DNA from: Planctomycetales bacterium
GTDB taxonomy: Bacteria > 4484-113
DNA length: 64,000 bases
Assembly: GCA_037441675.1 (NCBI GenBank)
Contig: JBBIRS010000010.1
Location: 1-64,000, forward strand
Direction of reading: 5' to 3'
Shown here: piece by piece, positions 29,973 through 37,915 of the stretch
Layout: the number at the start of each line of letters is the position of its first letter
How positions within the stretch are numbered: the stretch's first letter is position 1
Translations under genes and position numbers: made by a program
The notes under the pieces: generated by a model
Database searches by the model: none
What the model saw: the letters and a program-made list of their open reading frames with translations, nothing else
Told to the model about the DNA's origin: nothing

Positions 29973-31052
29973 TCACTCCACTTTTAAGGTTTCATAAGTA
30001 AGATGTCGCCTTTGTGAGAGATATCTATCAGCAACTTCCTTCACCACTTCCGGCTGGATAGTTTCCATGCAACAGGGCTTTTTATCGCATTTTTTCTTAT
30101 AGAGACTTTGGCACTTTATTTCTCCACTTAATACAGTAGCATTAGATTCAGGAAGTGGACCACAACGTTGAGGTGGGGTTGGTCCGAAAAGGGCTATCAA
30201 TGGGACATTCATTGCTTGTGCTAAGTGAATAATAGATGTGTCGGGACTAATTACAAGATCCGCTCTCTTTATTATGTAGCATAGTTCACGCAAAGTGGTC
30301 TTTCCTACCATATTGATAAGAGTATTATTAATCGAATATATGTGTGATGAATGCTCTTCTTCACCCGGAGCACCCACAATAATAAAAATAGCAGAATTCA
30401 CGCTGAAGAGATCAAGAAACCTATTTATGTGTGAATTTGGCCAGTTCTTAGATTGCCATCCACCTTGTGGGCAGATAACAATTACTGGTTTAGGTTCTGA
30501 GTTTAAAAAGGATAACCCATGAGTTTGAAAAAAATGATTTTCATAACTGAAATTAGGGTATACTTCCATCCTTCTTGATGTTACGTGAAGACCAAAGCGG
30601 GTCAGAAGCTCTAGATGTTCATCTACGATATGAAGTGGCACTTCAGAATCGTGAAATGCATGGGTAAGTAACCTTGATCGTAACTCCGATGAGTACCCGA
30701 CTCTGACTTCAATACCTGCTAAATATGTAATAAGGGCTGAGCCAAAAGATTTATGAAAGATAAAAGCACAATCAAAATTTCGCCTCCTCGTTTCCCTTAC
30801 AAGACGAAAAAAGCCTCTCACTCCCCTGTCTCTACCCTTTTTATCGTAAATTATGAACTCATCCACTAGACCAACGGAATAAAGCTCCCGGCCGAAGGGA
30901 AGGCACATTAAACTGAGGGAAGAGCTGGGATAATTGTCCCGAATTGTTCTTAAGGCAGGCGAAAGCATCACCAAATCGCCAATCATTGATAAGTTTACCG
31001 CTAGAATCCTCTTGAACCTTTTGCCTACCAGAGGTTGATTGGAAACTCCCAT
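29973..31052 (-). CDS. Glycosyltransferase family 9 (WaaF-like heptosyltransferase)
   Basis: SMIGDL, SKNWP, GKTTL, PDTSIIHLA and LFGPT. Adjacent to the heptose kinase. Confidence 0.88.
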   Translation of the reverse strand: MGVSNQPLVGKRFKRILAVNLSMIGDLVMLSPALRTIRDNYPSSSLSLMCLPFGRELYSVGLVDEFIIYDKKGRDRGVRGFFRLVRETRRRNFDCAFIFHKSFGSALITYLAGIEVRVGYSSELRSRLLTHAFHDSEVPLHIVDEHLELLTRFGLHVTSRRMEVYPNFSYENHFFQTHGLSFLNSEPKPVIVICPQGGWQSKNWPNSHINRFLDLFSVNSAIFIIVGAPGEEEHSSHIYSINNTLINMVGKTTLRELCYIIKRADLVISPDTSIIHLAQAMNVPLIALFGPTPPQRCGPLPESNATVLSGEIKCQSLYKKKCDKKPCCMETIQPEVVKEVADRYLSQRRHLTYETLKVE

Positions 31053-31633
31053 AATTCAAACAAGTATTTTATCAGAAATAAAGCAGTTCCAATAACCACT
31101 GCTAATGAGTTCTTTAGCTCCTTATTAGTCGCCAGCGTAGCTGTACTGAACCCTTTTGTCCTAAAGACGGCAGAGAAACTTTTGAAAGTTGGGAATAACC
31201 TAGGAGACTTTCTTAGAAACTCCAAATATTTTTCTCCAAAATTGCTGAGTAGCCATTTCTCCTCTTCTTCAATCACCTTGAAATAAAGAAAGAGAAAGAA
31301 GATGACACCTATGATTGTTACAATCAAACTGCCCGACATAAATCCAAATCCCGCTTGGATGATAATTGTGCCAAGATAAAGCGGATTTCTACAAAACCCA
31401 TAGGGACCATCAGTTGCGAGAACCTGATCCTTCGAGAGAAATGCTGATGAATAAATTCTAAGGAGTGCACCAATCACAACTAAGCCCACACCCAAAGAAA
31501 GATAAATTGCTACATACTTACCAATAATCAAGCAAATCAAGGGGTATAGTCCGCCTAAACTGAGCCTTAGGCGAGTCAACCGAAGGTATCTACCCTGCTT
31601 TAGTTTTGTCTTTCTTGCTGACGCTGAAGTCAA
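31025..31633 (-). CDS. Isoprenylcysteine carboxylmethyltransferase/PEMT-family membrane methyltransferase
   Basis: LATDGPYGFCRNPLYLG and EEKWL..FGEKY..F..PRLFP family motifs. Confidence 0.85.
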   Translation of the reverse strand: MTSASARKTKLKQGRYLRLTRLRLSLGGLYPLICLIIGKYVAIYLSLGVGLVVIGALLRIYSSAFLSKDQVLATDGPYGFCRNPLYLGTIIIQAGFGFMSGSLIVTIIGVIFFLFLYFKVIEEEEKWLLSNFGEKYLEFLRKSPRLFPTFKSFSAVFRTKGFSTATLATNKELKNSLAVVIGTALFLIKYLFELWEFPINLW

Positions 31634-31656
31634 CTGAGGTTTTGAAGGAAAATTAT

Positions 31657-32787
31657 TCAGCTCCTGCCTCCCTCTTTACTTAAACTGAGCGAATTTTTCA
31701 GGGTTTCGATCAGTTCATTAACTCCTAGTTCATTAAAGATAACTTCCATCGGCTTTTTTCTATAGGAAGAAGAAATCTCTGCAAGTGAATTATTAACATC
31801 AAGAACAGTTGTGTACACTGCGAAGTTTCGTTCTATAAGTGTATTTTTGAACCTACATAGCTTTCTACTCCTTCTTCTGATTGGAAGACAAACAACCACC
31901 GGTTTATGACCTGAGAGAATGCTTTCGGATATCATAGAAACAGAATCCTCTGTAACAACCACCGCAGACGAAAGTTCCAAATACACAGGAACAGGATTAA
32001 ACATATCGTTGCGTCCCCAAACCGCCACTTGAATAAGTCTTAATCTATCCTGTATTTTATTTTGAAGAGCTCTCTCCACCAATTCGGGAGTTCTACGTGA
32101 AGTTGTGAGCAGTAATTTGTATCCTCCTTCCTCGCAAATGGTAAGTACAACATCAATCAATCTAGCGATTAACTCGACAGGCATTTTAAAATGAGAAGAT
32201 TGACCACCGATTAAAAGCGCAATGTATTTCCCCTCTCGCAACTCTTTTTCGGATTTGTTCAACCGCAGGGTAAGAGTGTTCCAGCAAGCTTTCACATCAG
32301 CCTTTGTAGCCATAGAGATGGCAAAGGGATATTTAAGTACATTATCCGGTATCTTTTGACCGGGGCGTAAATCGTGTAGGGGCAGTATTACTTTATCAAA
32401 CATTCTCAGAGAAACACAGGATGGCTTATGAATTTGGATGCACTTTGCATTCAGTAGGGAGGATAGCAGTATAACTGGTACCGCAGGCTGGGTACCCGTT
32501 GATATTGTTACAATAGAATTGCTACCACTTTCCTTTCGTTTCTGCATTAACATTATCACCTTATCAAAGCTATCCGATGAGAGGTAAAGACGAAGGAGGA
32601 ACTTCAAAATATTAGGGTTAAGTATCTTTCTACCCAAAGTACCAAACAGTGCTCTCAAAGGAGCCTCAAGGATTAAGGAGAGCTTACGAATACTTAGTAC
32701 TTCTTCATCTTCTGTTAGAAGTTGAGCTAACGTAAGTGATTGATTCTCGTGCCCGCGTTTTCCATCAGTTACTATGATAGCTTTCAT
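31657..32787 (-). CDS. ELM1/GtrOC1-family putative glycosyltransferase
   Basis: DGKRGHENQ, LIGG, TTSRRTP and VTEDSVSMISE motifs. Confidence 0.85.
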   Translation of the reverse strand: MKAIIVTDGKRGHENQSLTLAQLLTEDEEVLSIRKLSLILEAPLRALFGTLGRKILNPNILKFLLRLYLSSDSFDKVIMLMQKRKESGSNSIVTISTGTQPAVPVILLSSLLNAKCIQIHKPSCVSLRMFDKVILPLHDLRPGQKIPDNVLKYPFAISMATKADVKACWNTLTLRLNKSEKELREGKYIALLIGGQSSHFKMPVELIARLIDVVLTICEEGGYKLLLTTSRRTPELVERALQNKIQDRLRLIQVAVWGRNDMFNPVPVYLELSSAVVVTEDSVSMISESILSGHKPVVVCLPIRRRSRKLCRFKNTLIERNFAVYTTVLDVNNSLAEISSSYRKKPMEVIFNELGVNELIETLKNSLSLSKEGGRS

Positions 32788-32835
32788 CGTCAAAAGAATA
32801 GATTAACTCTTGTAACGAAGTAAGGCAATAGAGTA

Positions 32836-32863
32836 TTGATAGGGGGGGAGCCTATGATAAACT
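32836..32863 (+). promoter_or_regulatory. Putative sigma70 promoter of ribF with a G7 tract in a 16-nt spacer
   Basis: TTGATA (32836-32841), G7 (32842-32848), then TGA-TAAACT (32855-32863). Confidence 0.5.
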
Positions 32864-32876
32864 AGTGCCAACAGTT

Positions 32877-33893
32877 ATGCCCCGAAAAAATATCTTAATC
32901 AAAGACTGGACTGATTTCAAGCGCATTGAGGGCAAAAGAATAGCGCTAACGGTTGGCATATTTGATGGCATCCACCGCGGGCACTTTACAGTCTTTACAG
33001 TCTTAAGGGAAATATCTTCCGACTTTGCGGGAATACCTGTAATTTTCACTTTTGAAAATCATCCACTAACAGTTTTAGAACCCGGCAGAAAAATATCATA
33101 CATAACCCTCCCAGAGGAAAAAGCCAATCTCCTTTTCAGGCTTGGTTTTGAACATGTTGCATTTTTCAGGTTCACACGCGAATTCTCTCAGATGAAAGCT
33201 GAGGAGTTTCTTTCAAGAATTAAAGAATACTGCGACCTACGAGCTCTGGTGGCTGGTTATGATGCAAGTATTGGTCATGATAAGATAAGAACTGATGCAG
33301 ATTTCAGAGCGCTTGCTGGCGAACTTGGGTTTGAATTCGTTCGCATTCCAGAGGTGAAGGATAAAGATACTGCCATCTCTTCGCACGCCATTCGTGATGC
33401 AATTAACAGGGGAAATTTAGAGCTAGCAAATAACAGGCTAGTTTATCCATTCTTCGTCAGAGGTAAAGTCCAATCAGGAAGAGGAATTGGTGAGAAACTT
33501 CTTAGAATGCCCACTGCAAACATAGTTGTTCCTGAGGAAAAGATAATCCCACCAAATGGAGTTTATGCAGGCGCGTTTCGTAAAGATGGTAATTTAACCG
33601 CCTCAGCTCTTTTCACTTCAGATTTTGGGTGGCATCCTAGTTTCTATGCTAAAACTATGCCAGAACCATCGTTGCAAGGTACCAAAGGAACTCAAAAGCA
33701 AATAGAAGGCCATGTAATTGGTAGACGTATCTCGGTTAAAGGCTCAATTGTTGAGTTTATCTTCCTTGAAAAGATTAGAGACTCAATAGACTTTGATGAT
33801 CCAGAAGATTTGCGAAAGACTATGCTCCAAGACATTAAAGAATCAGTCCGAATCTTTGAAAAGAATAGGCTCAAGCTGAGGTTTTTACCGTGA
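32877..33893 (+). CDS. ribF: Bifunctional riboflavin kinase / FAD synthetase
   Basis: GIFDGIHRGH, ISSHAIR, GRGIG..MPTAN and PNGVYA. Alternative start GTG 32865. Confidence 0.9.
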   Translation: MPRKNILIKDWTDFKRIEGKRIALTVGIFDGIHRGHFTVFTVLREISSDFAGIPVIFTFENHPLTVLEPGRKISYITLPEEKANLLFRLGFEHVAFFRFTREFSQMKAEEFLSRIKEYCDLRALVAGYDASIGHDKIRTDADFRALAGELGFEFVRIPEVKDKDTAISSHAIRDAINRGNLELANNRLVYPFFVRGKVQSGRGIGEKLLRMPTANIVVPEEKIIPPNGVYAGAFRKDGNLTASALFTSDFGWHPSFYAKTMPEPSLQGTKGTQKQIEGHVIGRRISVKGSIVEFIFLEKIRDSIDFDDPEDLRKTMLQDIKESVRIFEKNRLKLRFLP

Positions 33894-34032
33894 ATGATTC
33901 TGTTCTTGAATTAAAACTTTCTCCAAATAGGGAAAAGTGAATTACTCTTTTTATCTCTATCCAGCTTGATTAGGAATAAGAAGAGTTTGCTACTTAAGCT
34001 ATAAGCTACACACCGTCCTACATTCAATTTAG

Positions 34033-34064
34033 AAATCAAACTAAGCTACTTCCTTAGCTTAGTT
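34033..34064 (-). terminator. Putative intrinsic terminator of the murG-amidase unit
   Basis: Perfect 10-bp stem AACTAAGCTA/TAGCTTAGTT (34039-34064) beginning 3 nt after the amidase stop, followed on the minus strand by T-rich TGATTT. Confidence 0.6.
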
Positions 34065-34066
34065 AA

Positions 34067-35872
34067 CTACAAGCCACCAGTCATTTGGAGGTAATCAAAT
34101 ATTCCCCTGGATAAGCCTTCTGCGACTCTATCTTGATAGGATGGGTCTTTAAGTTTGCTCTCCTCGTACGCGTTAGTCATAAATCCTATTTCAACGAGAA
34201 CCGCAGGGACGACAGTTTCTCGCAGAACGTAAAAGTTTGCGGTTCTAACTCCTCTATCCATTGCGGTAGTAAACTCAATAAGTCTCTTTTGTAAAAGATT
34301 AGCGAGAAGTCTTCCTGGCTCGGAATCCTTAAAGTGAAAAGTCATAATGCCAGAAAACGTGGGGTCTTCTATGGAATTAGCATGAATTGAGACGAAAATA
34401 GCTGGAAGAAGTGAATTCGCCAGATCCGCCCGTTGCCCTAGAGAAATAAAATTATCATCTGAACGCGTCATGTAGACATTAAATCCCATAGCTCTTAGCT
34501 TTTGCGCGACACGCTTTGTTACCATTAGCGTTATAGCTTTCTCAAACACTTTGGAAACACCAATAGCACCAGTATCACTCCCTCCATGACCCGCATCAAG
34601 CATTATTGGGGCTCCACGAAGCTCGCCACGATGAAACTGCACGTAATACACTCTTCCTCCCTCCTGAGGAAGAATTCGGTAGTTCAATCTTCTAGTCATC
34701 TCCACCACTACTCTCACTGTAGCTGGTTTATCGTTAAACTGAGCAACTCTTATTTCTCTAACACCACCGATATTTACCTCTATTCTTTTAGTCGCTTCAT
34801 CATATTTCGCATTCGGAAAATCTAGTACCAACCTATCAGGGTTAGTGATATAACTTTGCTTAATTGGTGTTGCCTTTGAAAACTCTATATTCAAGGCAAT
34901 TTCTCCTGATGAAACCGTGTCGTAAGAAACAAGTGTAAAATGGTTCTCAAATTCTAAGCGAAAGTAAGTGTATGGCTCCTCCTCTGCATAAAGCTTGTAT
35001 CCCGTCTGCTCCTTTTGTTTTATTGTGAACATAACCTCGCCATCAAATAGGTTCGCAATTGTAACGCTTTCCGCAATTTCTTTTGGAATATCAACCTTCT
35101 GCACCTCTGGTACAAAACAACCTCTTAGCCTTAAACCTATCTCCCCCTCTTTAAGTCTCTGAATGTAGCCATTCGCTGGTAGAAGTGTTCTAATCATCAG
35201 CGAATTCCTCTGAGCATCGAATCTTGCGGATAGGATAATGCCAAGTAGAGTAAATTCTGATGTGGCAGGATTATAGGCTAACATCAAGCCCAAATTAGAT
35301 AAGAAACCCTCAGGAATATAGTAAATACTTTCACCCTTAACAACTAGTTGGGTAACTATACTCCCGTCACCTGTGGAGAGAAAGGCACCATCTCTCTTTC
35401 TAATTATTTGCCAAGTCCTCGCACCCAAGGTAAATTCTTTAATTTCGCCCTCAATTAAACCAGGCTTTTCAATCTGGCTTCTTTTTCTTACCTCAATACT
35501 AACCTTTCCAACGTCGATGATTGCATCTCCATTTTTATCTGAATCATCGTAGTTTCCATCTTCTGAAAGACTATCACTTGTACTTTGTGGAGAAATTACC
35601 TCTTCTTGAGATTCTACGTTGTTTTCATCTTGAATTTTAACTGGACCCACAAGGTAAGATTTTTCGCGGTAAGTCTCAAACTTTTCTAGACGAGTAAGAG
35701 TATTTAATGCGAAATAGACTTGACCATCCAGAGTCAAAATCGGTGGATAGTCAAATACCTCACGCTTAGTTCCTAACTCAAGTGAGTAATTTACCTCTGC
35801 CCCGGAAAGAGTGAAAGATAACATGAGCAGAAGTAAAGAAGTTAAGCCTAGCAAGAATTGGAACCGACTCAA
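34067..35872 (-). CDS. N-acetylmuramoyl-L-alanine amidase (Amidase_3) with AMIN domain
   Basis: Signal peptide, AMIN (NPDRLVLDF..VRVVV), LDAGHGG..D.GA, SIHAN and LVEIGFMTN. Confidence 0.92.
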   Translation of the reverse strand: MSRFQFLLGLTSLLLLMLSFTLSGAEVNYSLELGTKREVFDYPPILTLDGQVYFALNTLTRLEKFETYREKSYLVGPVKIQDENNVESQEEVISPQSTSDSLSEDGNYDDSDKNGDAIIDVGKVSIEVRKRSQIEKPGLIEGEIKEFTLGARTWQIIRKRDGAFLSTGDGSIVTQLVVKGESIYYIPEGFLSNLGLMLAYNPATSEFTLLGIILSARFDAQRNSLMIRTLLPANGYIQRLKEGEIGLRLRGCFVPEVQKVDIPKEIAESVTIANLFDGEVMFTIKQKEQTGYKLYAEEEPYTYFRLEFENHFTLVSYDTVSSGEIALNIEFSKATPIKQSYITNPDRLVLDFPNAKYDEATKRIEVNIGGVREIRVAQFNDKPATVRVVVEMTRRLNYRILPQEGGRVYYVQFHRGELRGAPIMLDAGHGGSDTGAIGVSKVFEKAITLMVTKRVAQKLRAMGFNVYMTRSDDNFISLGQRADLANSLLPAIFVSIHANSIEDPTFSGIMTFHFKDSEPGRLLANLLQKRLIEFTTAMDRGVRTANFYVLRETVVPAVLVEIGFMTNAYEESKLKDPSYQDRVAEGLSRGIFDYLQMTGGL

Positions 35873-36984
35873 TCTATGTTCTCCATAAGTGCAATTATCT
35901 CGTCAGCTGCCCGGCGGGCTCCATTATCTTGTAATCTTGAAAACCCATCACGCATCTTTCTACCCGCCCCTTCTAAAACTAATTCTTTTAGAAGAAGGCT
36001 CAAAGTATCAGGCATAAAATCTGTTTCTTCAACTATCTTTGAACATCCTAATTGCGCCAATAGTTGAGCATTCAAATACTGATGTTTGTCCTTGTGTGAT
36101 GGGTATGGAATAAGAATGGATGGGAGCTTTGCTCCAACTAAGTCGCAAATGGTTGCGGCGCCTGCTCTGCCAATAAAGAGAGAGGCGTTCTTATAAAGCG
36201 CAGGTAGCTTCGGGTCAAAAGCAATCGCCCTGTAAAATTTGAAAGTGACAAATCTTCCATGCTCCTTTTCTGTTGGAATTCTGCCCCATTGATGAACGAT
36301 CGCGACTGACTCTCCAAATGTCTTTACGAATTCAGGGTCTTCTGCTGAGCGCAGAAGCACGTGGTTGATATGCTCAGCGCCCAAACTGCCACCGGAGATT
36401 ATCACAAGAGGAATAGATTCTGGTATTCTGAAATACTCGAAGGGGTCAAAGTTCTCAAATTTTCTAGCTGGGAATCCCACAACGCGAACACTTCCAGGAC
36501 TAGCATAAGGGTAAATCTTTTGCGCAGCTTCTTCTGTGGAACAAAGAACAATTCTTGCAGAACTAGCGAAAAGGAAATTCGCCCTGCCAGGCACTGAGTT
36601 AACTTCCAAAAGTGCAATCTGAATGCCCTTTATTACCGCTGCGGCAAGTGCAGGAACGCTTACGTAACCACCACTCGCTAACACAATATCAGGTTCAAAA
36701 TCATCTATCACCTTCATTGCTGACCGCACAGGATACCCTGTTAGCCACATAGGTAAAGTTCTCATATAGTAGATTAAATTAGCGACGTTCATTTTTCTAT
36801 AGCTGAATGTAAACGGAAGGAACGTCCCGGAAATATCTGTCTCAGGAACAACTTGCCATTCCAATCGTCTACTTCCGAACCAGTGAAAGTGTGAATTCGG
36901 TTGAAGGCGCTTTATCTCTTCAATAACTGCAATTAACGGAAAAACATGTCCGCCAGTTCCGCCACCGGTAACTAGAACTCTCAC
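35869..36984 (-). CDS. murG: Undecaprenyl-PP-MurNAc-pentapeptide N-acetylglucosamine transferase
   Basis: GGGTGGHVFP, GGYVS, GGSLGA, RAGAAT and HQYLNA motifs. Confidence 0.92.
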   Translation of the reverse strand: MRVLVTGGGTGGHVFPLIAVIEEIKRLQPNSHFHWFGSRRLEWQVVPETDISGTFLPFTFSYRKMNVANLIYYMRTLPMWLTGYPVRSAMKVIDDFEPDIVLASGGYVSVPALAAAVIKGIQIALLEVNSVPGRANFLFASSARIVLCSTEEAAQKIYPYASPGSVRVVGFPARKFENFDPFEYFRIPESIPLVIISGGSLGAEHINHVLLRSAEDPEFVKTFGESVAIVHQWGRIPTEKEHGRFVTFKFYRAIAFDPKLPALYKNASLFIGRAGAATICDLVGAKLPSILIPYPSHKDKHQYLNAQLLAQLGCSKIVEETDFMPDTLSLLLKELVLEGAGRKMRDGFSRLQDNGARRAADEIIALMENID

Positions 36985-37174
36985 GTCAAAAAGTTTATCA
37001 TAGGCTTGTCACAAATTATCGTGTTAGATATGCGATTTAGTTCATTATGCTTAAATTAAATTGATGAAAAGAAAGCAGTTAATGGTATTATAACTATTAG
37101 CAATAATTTTCCTTAAATTCAGCTTAGCTCAGTTAGAGCTGAGTAGCAATATCAGCAATATCAAGAATTATACC

Positions 37175-37846
37175 ATGGATAATGAAGAAGCAATAATCTG
37201 CCCTGAATGTGGAACAAAAAATCCACCTGCGAAGATGTTATGCGGAAACTGTGGTTTCAATTTAGAGCTTTTAAGAAGCGCGAAAGAGATTGAGGAGGCT
37301 AAAAAGATTGAGTCTTCCCTTTCTACTCACAAAGAGAATTTGCTAACTTCGGAGTTAAACGACTGGGAGAGGACACGTCTACTAAGGATTCTCATAGGGA
37401 TAAACATTTATGTAGCAATCGTTTTAAGCATATTTGCGCTATTCGCAATCGCCTATTTCTCACGGTTTCTCTCAAATTGGCCCTACGAGAATACATTCTA
37501 CGCAGACTCTGATCGTATGGCTGATACTTTACTAAAAGTGAAATCATTGATTGACACTGACGCCACCAAGGGAGAATTTGCGCTAGCTATCCGGGAGCTT
37601 TTAGCTGAATCTGCCCGCTACACAACGAAATATGAACATACTGCATTTAAGTCAAACGAAATATTTACACAGTTAAAGTCGTCTGCCCAATTCTATGTGA
37701 TGGGCAATGAAGCCTGGGACAATGAATTGCGGGCTACCTATGGCCGTAGCGTATCTACAATTCCTGCTAGCACAGCTAGCGATAATGTCAGGAAACTATG
37801 GAACAGCGCTTCCGCATCCTTAGAACGAGCAATTGCAAATATGTAA
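37175..37846 (+). CDS. Zinc-ribbon single-pass membrane protein
   Basis: CPECG..CGNCG at the N-terminus, one TM helix and a helical C-terminal domain. Confidence 0.75.
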   Translation: MDNEEAIICPECGTKNPPAKMLCGNCGFNLELLRSAKEIEEAKKIESSLSTHKENLLTSELNDWERTRLLRILIGINIYVAIVLSIFALFAIAYFSRFLSNWPYENTFYADSDRMADTLLKVKSLIDTDATKGEFALAIRELLAESARYTTKYEHTAFKSNEIFTQLKSSAQFYVMGNEAWDNELRATYGRSVSTIPASTASDNVRKLWNSASASLERAIANM

Positions 37847-37915
37847 TCCCCAGATTTTCTGGAAATTTAACAATCCGTTTACCGGCGTCTCTGTGTAAAG
37901 CCAGTTTATTCAAAC

